Source of the DNA: a virus
DNA length: 64,000 bases
Direction: 5' to 3' (one strand)
Virus record (IMG/VR): IMGVR_UViG_2788500300_000002
Coordinates: 34,321 to 98,320 of that record
In this document: piece after piece, positions 30,608 through 40,020 of the stretch
How positions within the stretch are numbered: the first letter of the stretch is position 1
Layout of the letters: every line of letters starts with the position of its first letter
Program-made: the position numbers and the translations under genes
The notes under the pieces: generated by a model
Seen by the model: only the letters and a program-made list of their open reading frames with translations
The model's database searches: none
What the model was told of the DNA's origin: nothing

Positions 30608-31432
30608 ATGCCAATTTTACGAGTCTTTCCCCGCCGAACGTCCTGCACACCGACGGACGACTACGCCGTTGTAGGCGACGTGCCGCTTTTCCTGCCGGAC
30701 GACATAGACGAGGTTCACGTCAGCGTTACGTTTTCGTGGGATTTGCCCGAAGCAGAGCGTCTGGCGCGCGCCTACAGCCGGATTGCGCCGGTCAAGATAG
30801 GCGGCCCGGCGACGGGAATGCGCGGCGAGGATTTTACCCCCGGAATGTATCTCAAACGCGGATATGTAATCACATCGCGCGGATGCCCAAACCGTTGCTG
30901 GTTCTGCTCTGTTCCGACTCGTGAAGGGCCGCTGCGCGAGTTGACAGTTACCGAGGGGAATAATGTCTTAGACGATAACTTGCTCGCCTGCTCTGACGAA
31001 CACGTCAAAGCGGTCTTTGCAATGCTTGAGCACCAACCGTCTGTGATGTTTACGGGCGGGCTTGAGGCTAAAAGGCTCAAGCCGTGGCATGTCGAGGCGT
31101 TTGAGCGCATCAAGGCGCAATCAGTGTTTTTCGCATACGACACGCCGGACGATCTTGACCCACTGCTCTATGCGCTTGAGCTTTGCCGCGCGTCTGCCTG
31201 GTATCACATACACAAAGTACGTTGCTATGTGCTCTGTGGCTATCCGGGAGACACAATCGACAAAGCGGATGCGCGTTGTATGACGGTACTGAAAAACGGA
31301 GCTACGCCTTTTGCAATGTTTTATCGCTCGCCGGATAAGCCAACACTCAAAACGCGGGATTGGACGCGATTCCAGACAACATGGACGCGCCCCGCGGCTA
31401 TCAACGCCACAAGAAGGAGGCTGGGGATATGA
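30608..31432 (+). CDS. Radical SAM-like protein
   Basis: SRGCPNRCWFC (CxxxCxxC) motif; DDNLLA. Confidence 0.7.
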   Translation: MPILRVFPRRTSCTPTDDYAVVGDVPLFLPDDIDEVHVSVTFSWDLPEAERLARAYSRIAPVKIGGPATGMRGEDFTPGMYLKRGYVITSRGCPNRCWFCSVPTREGPLRELTVTEGNNVLDDNLLACSDEHVKAVFAMLEHQPSVMFTGGLEAKRLKPWHVEAFERIKAQSVFFAYDTPDDLDPLLYALELCRASAWYHIHKVRCYVLCGYPGDTIDKADARCMTVLKNGATPFAMFYRSPDKPTLKTRDWTRFQTTWTRPAAINATRRRLGI

Positions 31433-31557
31433 TTATCTGCCACTTTTGCGGAACCCCGCTCGACACCTGATGCGCCGATTACGTCGTTGTTGACGGCGCT
31501 GAAGTACCTTGCTGCGCGGAGTGCGCGGCGGAACACAAGGATAAGGGGGTTAATTAA
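31429..31557 (+). pseudogene. Small CxxC...CxxC zinc-finger ORF interrupted by an in-frame TGA (31468)
   Basis: MIICHFCGTPLDT*CADYVVVDGAEVPCCAECAAEHKDKGVN in a single frame. Confidence 0.5.
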
Positions 31558-31714
31558 CAATGGTTGAATATAGAGTAACGCAGAAACAATTACGTGCGCT
31601 TGAGGACTTAGCGGATTTTATCAAACAGGCGGAAGCTTGTTTAGACGTTGAGACTGCATTTTTGAGATATATCGTTGATTGCATTTCAGAGCAGCCATTG
31701 GGAGGTGCGAGCAA

Positions 31715-32188
31715 ATGAAAGAATACAGAGTGACGGAGAAACAGCTTGAATCACTAAAAAAACTATTTGAGGCGCTCAGCCTAAGAAACTGTGAACAGAT
31801 ATTGAACGAATTGCGTGGAGAGGGATTTATAGAGTATGACGATGTCGGCGAATTTCTGGACAGGCTATGTAACGACCTATTGGAAGAGAGTGCAGAGGAA
31901 ATAGGGAACTACACCGAGGTAAAGCGCGAGTTGAAATACCTTATAGAGGACATCGAGGGGCAGGAAGTTGCGCACAAGAGACCAATGACGTTGCTCGAAG
32001 TGGTAGAAACATCATTCGTAAGGGTAGGAGGATGCCCCGGGGATGTTAGATTCAGCGATGCTTTTAGAAAAGCCGGATATAAACAGCCAAATGTTAGTTG
32101 TCCGCGGGACGCTGACGGAAATTGCTTGACCTGCTCCGACTGCTGGAAACGCCCCGCCGAGCCGCTGGAGGACGACCATGCCCGCTAA
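31715..32188 (+). CDS. Hypothetical protein
   Basis: RBS GGAGGTG; AT-richer; Cys-rich C-terminus. Confidence 0.5.
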   Translation: MKEYRVTEKQLESLKKLFEALSLRNCEQILNELRGEGFIEYDDVGEFLDRLCNDLLEESAEEIGNYTEVKRELKYLIEDIEGQEVAHKRPMTLLEVVETSFVRVGGCPGDVRFSDAFRKAGYKQPNVSCPRDADGNCLTCSDCWKRPAEPLEDDHAR

Positions 32189-32375
32189 GCTCGAGTCGTG
32201 CCCGTTTTGCGGCAATGCCGAGCCGGAGGTCGTGATAACGCATAGCGAAGGTTGCGGTGACGTGAGATATAAAGTGTTCTGTTTTTCGTGCGGCGCGTCA
32301 GGAACAGTAACATTAAGCACCGAAGAAGCGGCTTATTCATGGAACAGGAGGGCGAACGATGAACGAGACAACTAG
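32178..32375 (+). CDS. Lar family restriction alleviation protein
   Basis: LESCPFCG...CFSCGA...EAAYSWNRRA. Confidence 0.8.
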   Translation: MPAKLESCPFCGNAEPEVVITHSEGCGDVRYKVFCFSCGASGTVTLSTEEAAYSWNRRANDERDN

Positions 32376-33117
32376 CACCACCCACGGCGGCACTGCCGCA
32401 GACGCGACGCACTACCAGACACTCGCACAGCAGCCCATAGAGATAATGCAGCGGCTGATGACAAAAGAGCAGTTCCTCGGCTTTTGCCACGGTAACGTAG
32501 TCAAATATGCGCTCAGATGTGGGCATAAAGACGACCCCGCGAAAGAGATGGAGAAGGTCAGGCAGTACGCGGATTGGTACGTCAGTGCCGCGCGTGGCGA
32601 GACGATAGACCCGATGAAGAAGGCGCAAGTTGAAACGATTGGGCCGGGCTGCTATCTGTATGCCGCCCCAAAAGCACATGGGACGGAGAAATCCGCAGAA
32701 GCACCCTCACCCGACCCCGAGCAGAAATCATGGATTGACTGCGTAAAAGAATTCAACAAAGCCTACGACGTTCCGACTCTTCCCGGCCCGGCGCTCAGGT
32801 ATGTTGAATACCTCGACACTCTTGCTACGCAGGCAGAACTTATAAATGAAGAGATTAACGAACTGAACGTTGCTTTTGACGACTGGATGGGAGGGGGAGA
32901 CGCTAAGGTAGCAATCCTCGACGCCATCTGCGACAGCATCTATGTCCTAATCGGCCTCGCCCTCAAAATGGGCTTCAACCTCGATGCCGCGTTCAGAGAA
33001 GTCCACCGCTCAAACATGAGTAAGCTGGGCGAGGACGGTAAGCCTATCAAGCGGGACGACGGAAAAGTGTTGAAAGGCCCGAACTTCACGCCGCCCAACC
33101 TTGAACCGTATATCTAA
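32359..33117 (+). CDS. DUF3310 (SaV-like) fused to MazG-like/HAD pyrophosphohydrolase
   Basis: HYQ..QPIEI...GNVVKYALRCGHK...EMEK; then EEINEL...DAICDSIYV...EVHRSNMSK...GKVLKGPNF..P. Confidence 0.8.
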   Translation: MNETTSTTHGGTAADATHYQTLAQQPIEIMQRLMTKEQFLGFCHGNVVKYALRCGHKDDPAKEMEKVRQYADWYVSAARGETIDPMKKAQVETIGPGCYLYAAPKAHGTEKSAEAPSPDPEQKSWIDCVKEFNKAYDVPTLPGPALRYVEYLDTLATQAELINEEINELNVAFDDWMGGGDAKVAILDAICDSIYVLIGLALKMGFNLDAAFREVHRSNMSKLGEDGKPIKRDDGKVLKGPNFTPPNLEPYI

Positions 33118-33144
33118 CGAATAAGAAAAGGAGAAGATGCAGAG

Positions 33145-33786
33145 ATGAAAACAGTAATTATCAGCGGTCCACACTTCGTGACGGAAGCACTCTTCGGCAT
33201 AGGGTTAAGCTACGGGCTTACGTCGTGCATTGAAAACGTGAAAGACCTTGAGCGCGCCGAGTGCTACGACCGGCTTATGCAGATAGCCCGCGGACTCGCA
33301 CACAAAACAGGCGGCGGACACAACAAGTTTCTTGAGACGATAACGCTCACGCTTGACGTGAAGGCTCCGCGCTACTGGTGGCAAGAGTTCGACACATACC
33401 GTGTCGGCGTGACGAAGCAGAGCGAAAGCACCATGCACACGATTATGGCGCGCGAGCTTGAACCCTCAGACTTCGAGCGTGGGGCACGAGCCGATATGCT
33501 TCGCGTGCTGAACTTGACGCGCAGTGTTTATGTCAACGAGGCGAACGAGAAAGAGAAGCAAAGGCTCTTTCTTGACCTTAAAAACGACCTTCCCGAAGGC
33601 TTTCTCCAGCGTCGTATAGTCTGTCTCAATGCGAAGACCCTGCAAAACATGTACACACAGCGCAAAAATCACCGTCTGCCGGAGTGGCACGGCTTTTTCG
33701 ACGCCATCAAAGAGCAGATGCGTGGACGGGAGTACGGCGAGTTTGTGAGCTTCTGCGTGTTCGGAGGCGCGGACAAATGCGCCTAA
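33145..33786 (+). CDS. ThyX-like (flavin-dependent thymidylate synthase-like) protein
   Basis: GHNKFLE, APRYWWQEFDTYRVG, SESTMH, LPEGFLQ, RKNHRLPEW. Confidence 0.65.
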   Translation: MKTVIISGPHFVTEALFGIGLSYGLTSCIENVKDLERAECYDRLMQIARGLAHKTGGGHNKFLETITLTLDVKAPRYWWQEFDTYRVGVTKQSESTMHTIMARELEPSDFERGARADMLRVLNLTRSVYVNEANEKEKQRLFLDLKNDLPEGFLQRRIVCLNAKTLQNMYTQRKNHRLPEWHGFFDAIKEQMRGREYGEFVSFCVFGGADKCA

Positions 33787-34362
33787 GAATTACATACACC
33801 TATTGGGACGCAAACGGGCGCGAGTACTTCGTCCAGCGCGCGCCCGTCAGTGGATATGGCGTCTACTCCGCTATCGGACGGCGGACGCCTAAGCCGGAGG
33901 TGACGGAGACTTTCGACACGGCAGAAGAAGCACAGGCGCGGCTCGACCAGCTCGCGATGGAGCTAAAACTATGCGCTGCGTAGAGTGCCGGTACTTTCAC
34001 CGTCTCGACCTGCACACGTCGCCCGCGCGCGTCGTATGTGCTAAAAGCGTTTTAGTCGGCAACGATGTAGACGTGCGGCGCGGTTGCGGGATTGGAAAAC
34101 TTAAGTCAAGGGGTGCTGCGGTCTGGAAGCCGGGCGGCGGCACGTCGTGGAACAGAGCATAAGGAGGAATCATGATGTTAGAAATTACGCCGGAACTAAT
34201 AGAAGTTGTAAATAGCACAACTCTTAGGTTGAGAAAGGCCATTCGCTTAGATAAAGAGCTTTTAACGAAGGAAGAATATGAAGAGTACGCCCCAATTTTA
34301 ATAGAGCTTGTCGATGTGCTTGTACTTTGTTCGATGGCCAAATTTGTCCGCGGAGAAACAAA

Positions 34363-34893
34363 ATGAGCAGAGATTTTAACAAAGTCATTTTGACGGGGCG
34401 GCTCGCGAGAGACCCGGACGTGCGGACTACGCAGGGAGGGCAAAAGAACGCGCGCATATCGCTGGCGTGCGGGCGCGAGCGGAAGGACAAGACAACTGGA
34501 GAGAAAAAAGCCGAGGCGGAGTTTCACCCCGTCATGGCGTGGGGGTTCGCGGCGGATCTGCTCGAAAAGTACTGCCGCAAGGGCAAGCTGATACTTGTAG
34601 AGGGACGACTGCACTCTTACGACTACACAGACAAAAACAACGTGCGTAAATGGGTAACAGAGGTTGTCGCGGACAATATCATTCTTATGCCGGACAGCAA
34701 AAACAACGGGCAGGCGGCTGGGGCTTCGGCCTCTTCCACGCCAGCACCAGCACCCGCGGCTCAGTATTACCCGGGCGGCTCTGATGCGACATCGCTGCGC
34801 GGTGAGATGGGCTTCGAGGATGAGTTCGATTCGTTCCCACTAGATTTTTCTGAAATACATGGAGGCGATAGCGATGTGTCTATCCCATTCTGA
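34363..34893 (+). CDS. ssb: Single-stranded DNA-binding protein
   Basis: NKVILTGRLARDPDVR...VEGRL; acidic tail ending in IPF. Confidence 0.92.
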   Translation: MSRDFNKVILTGRLARDPDVRTTQGGQKNARISLACGRERKDKTTGEKKAEAEFHPVMAWGFAADLLEKYCRKGKLILVEGRLHSYDYTDKNNVRKWVTEVVADNIILMPDSKNNGQAAGASASSTPAPAPAAQYYPGGSDATSLRGEMGFEDEFDSFPLDFSEIHGGDSDVSIPF

Positions 34894-35422
34894 TAAGGTA
34901 AACAAAGCACAATTTAGGCATAAGCAACAACGACATGGTTGTGCAAACGGCAAGGATGGATATATACGCTTATATCAAATATGGCTCAGCATGCGAAATC
35001 GGTGCGATAGTCCTAATAACAAATGTTACTCAAACTATGGCGGTCGTGGAATCAAAATGTGCGATGAGTGGAAAAGCTATTTGAATTTTAAGGCATGGTC
35101 GTTATCTCATGGCTATGCCAACAACTTAACTCTAGACCGTATTGATACAGACGGTGGTTATTGTCCTTCCAATTGTCGTTTTCTCCCGATGTCTGAGAAC
35201 CAAAAACGACGAACGATGAATACGTACATTCTCTGTGAAGGAAAGGTCTACACTCTAGCTTCGCTAGCACGCCTCTTGGGAATAAAAGAAAAATATTTAT
35301 ATGTTCGAGTTCGCAGACGAGGCATAAAACGAATTTTAGAAGAGCTTAAACTTCAACATGGCAAAACGTTAGAGCTCACGACTCTACGAGAAGTTGAGCA
35401 CAACGGCTGGGCCGTCGTGTAA
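34874..35422 (+). CDS. HNH-type homing endonuclease-like protein
   Basis: YGGRGI.MC.EW...F..W...GY...LTLDRID.DGGYCPSNCR; AT-rich relative to flanks. Confidence 0.75.
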   Translation: MCLSHSDKVNKAQFRHKQQRHGCANGKDGYIRLYQIWLSMRNRCDSPNNKCYSNYGGRGIKMCDEWKSYLNFKAWSLSHGYANNLTLDRIDTDGGYCPSNCRFLPMSENQKRRTMNTYILCEGKVYTLASLARLLGIKEKYLYVRVRRRGIKRILEELKLQHGKTLELTTLREVEHNGWAVV

Positions 35423-35604
35423 GTAATGGGATGAAATGGGCACCATGTCCCGCCTACCCTGCATTAAAGGCTGCATTTACTTCCGAGGCATTGACGAGCG
35501 CCGCAAGGCAATCTGCGCCAGTCCGCATGTGCCGAAGCCACAGAACATAGACCCTGATGTCGGCTGCTGGTGGGGCGAGCGCGCCCCTGTTGAAAGGAGG
35601 ACGG

Positions 35605-36015
35605 ATGATGAGGATAAGGCGCAAGGCATTCTCTTTTGACAGAGACGGATATGTTCCAACGGAGCACGAAGAGCAGGCGCAGCTAATCCGCATGGTAAAC
35701 GCGGCGTTCCCGCGCGATGTGGCGGCTCTGCTTTGGGCTATCCCAAACGGCGGCGGACGGCACATCAAAACGGCGGTAGACCTCAAGCGCGAGGGCGTCC
35801 GCGCGGGCGTGCCAGACTTGATGTTCGCCTACCCTCACAAGGGGTACGCCGGGCTTTTCATCGAGATGAAGCGCCGGAAGGGCGGGCGCATCAGTGAAGA
35901 GCAGAAACGATATATCGAGCTTCTACGAGCGCAGAGCTACGCCGTCGTCGTCTGCAAAGGCTGCGACGAAGCTTTCCGCGCGATAACGTCTTACTTGGGG
36001 AGGGATGCGGCATGA
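35605..36015 (+). CDS. VRR-NUC domain nuclease (resolvase-like)
   Basis: EHEEQ, AIPNGG, GVRAGVPDL, FIEMK, SEEQ. Confidence 0.85.
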   Translation: MMRIRRKAFSFDRDGYVPTEHEEQAQLIRMVNAAFPRDVAALLWAIPNGGGRHIKTAVDLKREGVRAGVPDLMFAYPHKGYAGLFIEMKRRKGGRISEEQKRYIELLRAQSYAVVVCKGCDEAFRAITSYLGRDAA

Positions 36016-36619
36016 CAAAAGAGATAAACAGGCTTGTGCTTACGGTTTTAATTGGGCTGACGTGTCCGTTGGTGCTGCCGATGATGGAGGATTTACGCAA
36101 TGACTGATAACACCGCAGCCGTACTAATGCTTGCTGCACTTTTTGCGCTGTGTGGGTTCGTCTGCTGGCTTCACGCGCGATACCCGCGGTCGAGCGGCGA
36201 GCGTGAAAGCAGCGTCTACAAGTGGACGATAACGCAGGCCCAACCCGGGCGTATCGCGCCGAACGGCAACATCGAGTGTGCGCCAACGCGCAAGCCGAAG
36301 CCGGTTAAACCACCGCAGCCGAACCGCAGGAAGAAAAAGAAAGCGAGAAAATGACGCTCGTGATTTATTACATTGGCGTTGCTACGTGTATCGGTGGCGG
36401 CGCGTTGCTCGCAGCAATCAGCATATATACGGGCGTGGCTGTGGCAGTGTGGAGCATAGCCGAGCCTATCGGTACTATGGGTACTTTAAGCGGCTTCGGG
36501 TTACATTTAGAGCAATTCCCGAAGACGAGGCCCAAGATAAGCCCAAGATAAGGCCCAAGACATAAAAATCTCCCCGCCGCCGGGGCAAACGGCTAACGGG
36601 GAACTCCAGTAAAGGTGAT

Positions 36620-37174
36620 ATGCGCGTACAGATATTATACATCATGGAGGTACGCGCATACATGGGCAGGAAGAAAAAGCTTCTCATACTCCAAACGAAA
36701 GTCATTAAAATAATGGATATAATCTCGCTCATGCTCGACTGCCATCCGGTCGGCTATCTTGTCCTGTGCGGACGCGAAGAGTGGCCGAGCGATGAAGACA
36801 TCGCGGAAATGCTGCGCCTCCGAAACGGTTCAAGCGAGCCCGTCCATGTGCAGGGCGGGCCGGAAATCCCGGAGGCGCAGCGCCGCGTCGAAGCGATAGA
36901 GGGCGCGCGGCGGTACATGTCGGCGCTCGACCGCTACGGCGGCACGCATGCACTCATCTCCGCGGTCAACGACTACCGCCGCCACGATCCGCAGCGGTGC
37001 GAGTTGCTGAAACGCATCGGTATGGCTGGGATGCCCGGAGCGAAAAGCCTTGAAGCCCTTGCTGGGGAGTATTGCATGGACATGAAAACGCTGTACGCGA
37101 ACAGGCGCGAGGCGGTCAAGGACATCGCGATGATGGTCGTGTACGGCGGGGAAGATTTTGAGCTGGCTGGGTAA
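36620..37174 (+). CDS. Putative late transcription activator
   Basis: Last gene of the early operon; C-terminal HTH-like LEALAGEYCMDMKTLYANRREAV. Confidence 0.45.
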   Translation: MRVQILYIMEVRAYMGRKKKLLILQTKVIKIMDIISLMLDCHPVGYLVLCGREEWPSDEDIAEMLRLRNGSSEPVHVQGGPEIPEAQRRVEAIEGARRYMSALDRYGGTHALISAVNDYRRHDPQRCELLKRIGMAGMPGAKSLEALAGEYCMDMKTLYANRREAVKDIAMMVVYGGEDFELAG

Positions 37175-37182
37175 AGCGCATC

Positions 37183-37211
37183 TTGACACGTATAAAAACA
37201 CGTATTATAAT
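37183..37211 (+). promoter_or_regulatory. hicAB promoter with ACACGTAT direct repeats
   Basis: TTGACA-17-TATAAT; ACACGTAT at 37186 and 37198. Confidence 0.8.
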
Positions 37212-37237
37212 TATAAACAACAAGGGGAGCTGATTCA

Positions 37238-37432
37238 ATGAAGAGTTGGTCTTCACGAGAAGTGATAAAGGTACTTAAAAAAGACGGATGGGTTCAGGTG
37301 AGGTCAGAAAGCACACACAAGCAATTCCGTCACCCAACGAAAAAGGGGACAGTTACGGTGCCTCACCCTAAAAAAGACCTACCGTATGGGACAGTAAAAA
37401 GTATCTTTACACAAGCGGGGATTAAATTTTAA
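37238..37432 (+). CDS. hicA: HicA toxin
   Basis: SSREVIKVLKKDGW...STHKQFRHP...VTVPHPKKDL...SIFTQAG. Confidence 0.92.
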   Translation: MKSWSSREVIKVLKKDGWVQVRSESTHKQFRHPTKKGTVTVPHPKKDLPYGTVKSIFTQAGIKF

Positions 37433-37472
37433 TCCCCTTTATCTCCCCAACATGGAAAGGAGAATGCACAAA

Positions 37473-37871
37473 ATGGCAAAAGATAATTATATCTATCCTG
37501 CAATATTAGATTACGCGGATGACGGAATAACGATCACTTTCCCCGATTTGCCGGGGTGCGTATCGTGCGCGAAAAATGACGAGGAAGCCTATTTTATGGC
37601 GCGTGACGCGATGCGTGGCTGGCTGCTCGTCTCCGAGGAATACGGCGACGAGATAAAAGAGCCTACGCCGCTAAAGGACGTGGCTCTGGAAAGTAACCAG
37701 CGTGCTATGCTTGTCGATGTCAATCTTGCGTTTTACCGAGAGCCGCACCGCAATAGAGCCGTGAAGAAAACGTTAACAATCCCCGCGTGGCTGAATGAGC
37801 TTGCGGAGAAGGAGAACGTCAATTTTTCGTATGTTTTGCAAAACGCATTGAGACAACAGCTCAACGTATAA
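37473..37871 (+). CDS. hicB: HicB antitoxin
   Basis: YPAI...FPDLPGC; C-terminal KKTLTIPAWLN...NFSYVLQ. Confidence 0.92.
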   Translation: MAKDNYIYPAILDYADDGITITFPDLPGCVSCAKNDEEAYFMARDAMRGWLLVSEEYGDEIKEPTPLKDVALESNQRAMLVDVNLAFYREPHRNRAVKKTLTIPAWLNELAEKENVNFSYVLQNALRQQLNV

Positions 37872-37876
37872 GAAGG

Positions 37877-37902
37877 GCCGCCCACGAAGGGGCGGCTTTT
37901 TT
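37877..37902 (+). terminator. Terminator after hicB
   Basis: GCCGCCC-ACGAAG-GGGCGGC-TTTTTT. Confidence 0.8.
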
Positions 37903-37962
37903 ATTGTCTGCGTCTAGCTTTTATCATATCGTTAACGTCACCGATATGATAAGAAAAAAATA

Positions 37963-38050
37963 TCGCTCCAGGTTTTTCTCCCTAAAATGCTCCAGAAAAA
38001 CCTCCATAAAACGCTCCATAAAAACCTCCCTGAAAGTCTCCCTAAAAAAT
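37963..38050 (+). repeat. Seven 12-bp-period CTCC-core repeats
   Basis: CTCC at 37966, 37978, 37990, 38002, 38014, 38026 and 38038. Confidence 0.8.
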
Positions 38051-38289
38051 CTGGAAAAAGCCGATACACTAGTATCATCGAATTTCGACGATGAGACCTA
38101 AGAACACGGCGCGCCACGCCCCGCGGTCTGGCAGCAGAGGAAGAGATTGCTTCCCGCCATTCCGCGGGGTATCATTTTCGTGACCTCACGAAAATGGTAG
38201 AGGTTGACATAGCACACAGACGAACCCCGCACGCGGAGGCACGCGAAAGCGACCAAAGCGAGGCGGGGTAATTTTATGGGGGTGCTAAA

Positions 38290-39528
38290 GTGGATATTAA
38301 AAAGGTTAAACTGTCGGAGTTAAAACCCGACAAAAAGAACGCGCGTAAGCACGACAAGCGCAACATTGAAGAAATTAAGAGAAGCCTACAGAAGAATCCT
38401 CAGTACCGTCCCTTTGTTGTGCAGAAAAGCACTGGGCGCATCCTTGTTGGGAACGGTATGTATCAGGCGATGAAGGAACTCGGCATCACCGAAGGCTGGG
38501 TCGAGTATCGAGACCTTAACGATGAAGACGCGACTGTGCTCGCACTCTCAGACAACCGGACGGCGGAGTTAGCCGACTGGGACACGGCGGTGCTCAAAAA
38601 TCTATTGGAAGAAATGGGGCCGGATATAGATGTCCCAGGCTGGGATACGAGTGAAATTGAAGGGTTATTTAGCTTACCATCTGATGGCGTACGAACTGAA
38701 ATCATAGAGGATGAAGCACCTGAACCGCAATCTGACACAGTATCGCAGCTGGGTGATGTATGGCTTCTCGGGCAGCACCGACTTATGTGCGGAGACAGCA
38801 CAAAAGAGGGTGATGTGGCGGTATTGATGGGCGGGGCTATGGCAGACATGGTTTTTACAGACCCGCCGTACAATGTTGATTACTCGTCGAAAAACACATA
38901 CCTGAATGCGGTTGCCCCTGGCAATCGCATTCAAACACCGATAGAAAATGACAATTATGCTGATGACGGCGAAATTGCAGAAAAGATATGGGGACCAGCG
39001 TTTGCAAATATGAGGGCATATGCCGCGCCGCATTGCTCTATTTACTGCACTATGCCGCAAGGTGGCGCACACATGATGATGATGATGATGATGGCTTCCG
39101 CCCATTGGCAGGTAAAGCATGAGCTGATATGGCTAAAAAATAATCATGTGCTTGGACGTGCCGATTACTTGTATAAACACGAACCTATTTTATTTGGCTG
39201 GGCAGAAAAGCATTGTTTTTACGGCAAAGGCGAATTTACAAAAAGCGTTTGGGAAATACCGAAACCGCAAAAAAGCGACTTGCATCCTACAATGAAACCT
39301 GTCAGCTTAATTGTCAACGCTTTATTGAACTCTTCGCAAGTTGGTGAGTTTGTTCTTGACCTTTTCGGCGGCTCAGGTTCAACACTCATAGCCTGCGAGC
39401 AGACTGGACGTGTATGCTACATGATGGAGCTGTCCCCGCATTACGTCGATGTTATCATTCGTCGCTGGCAGGCACTGACTGGTGGCAAAGCGATACATGA
39501 GAAAACAGGTGAGATATTTCCGGGATAG
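38290..39528 (+). CDS. ParB-N domain plus N4/N6 DNA methyltransferase
   Basis: N-terminal ParB-like region; FTDPPY, HPTMKP and DLFGGSGST motifs. Confidence 0.9.
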   Translation: MDIKKVKLSELKPDKKNARKHDKRNIEEIKRSLQKNPQYRPFVVQKSTGRILVGNGMYQAMKELGITEGWVEYRDLNDEDATVLALSDNRTAELADWDTAVLKNLLEEMGPDIDVPGWDTSEIEGLFSLPSDGVRTEIIEDEAPEPQSDTVSQLGDVWLLGQHRLMCGDSTKEGDVAVLMGGAMADMVFTDPPYNVDYSSKNTYLNAVAPGNRIQTPIENDNYADDGEIAEKIWGPAFANMRAYAAPHCSIYCTMPQGGAHMMMMMMMASAHWQVKHELIWLKNNHVLGRADYLYKHEPILFGWAEKHCFYGKGEFTKSVWEIPKPQKSDLHPTMKPVSLIVNALLNSSQVGEFVLDLFGGSGSTLIACEQTGRVCYMMELSPHYVDVIIRRWQALTGGKAIHEKTGEIFPG

Positions 39529-39549
39529 ACGTAGAAAGGCGGTGATTTT

Positions 39550-40020
39550 ATGCCGCGAGGCAACCCTGAAAATTTAGTGTCTAACAGCGATAGAACCCCG
39601 GAAGAACGCCGCAAGAACGCGCAAAAAGCGGGGCGCGCGTCGGGCAGAAAACGCCGTAAAATTAAGGCCGCTAAAGAGTACATGAAGATGCTTATCGGAC
39701 TGCCCCTTGATGCTTCGCAGCGGAACCTCGCGAAATATATGTCGGAGGCAGGAATCGACGAGCAAGACCAGAATCAACTCTCTCTCATGCTGATGAGTCT
39801 TATGAAGCAGGCACAGAAGGGGAACATCAAGAGCGCGGAGCTTGTGCTGCAGCTTGTCGGCGAAATGCCAGCTAGCAAGACGGAAATAACCGGCGCGGAC
39901 GGGGCTCCGCTAATCCCCGAGCGACCGCCGCTCTACGACCTCTCTAAACTGTCGCATGAAGAACTTACGTCTCTTGCTCGTGACGCATTCAAGGAGGACA
40001 AAGGCGGCGAGGAAAATTGA
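39550..40020 (+). CDS. terS: Terminase small subunit (putative)
   Basis: NPENL...EERRKNAQKAGRASG; directly upstream of terL. Confidence 0.7.
   Translation: MPRGNPENLVSNSDRTPEERRKNAQKAGRASGRKRRKIKAAKEYMKMLIGLPLDASQRNLAKYMSEAGIDEQDQNQLSLMLMSLMKQAQKGNIKSAELVLQLVGEMPASKTEITGADGAPLIPERPPLYDLSKLSHEELTSLARDAFKEDKGGEEN

Noticed and set aside
37904-38101. 65-aa ORF across the 12-bp repeats
   Set aside because: No RBS and low complexity; better explained as a DNA repeat array.
38170-38215. Reading YHFRDLTKMV, reminiscent of a DinD-like motif
   Set aside because: The frame has no start codon after the upstream stop; treated as a palindrome only.
39073-39093. (ATG)7 tract in the methylase as a phase-variation switch
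   Set aside because: Trinucleotide slippage keeps the frame, and Met-rich runs occur at this position in related phage methylases as I recall.
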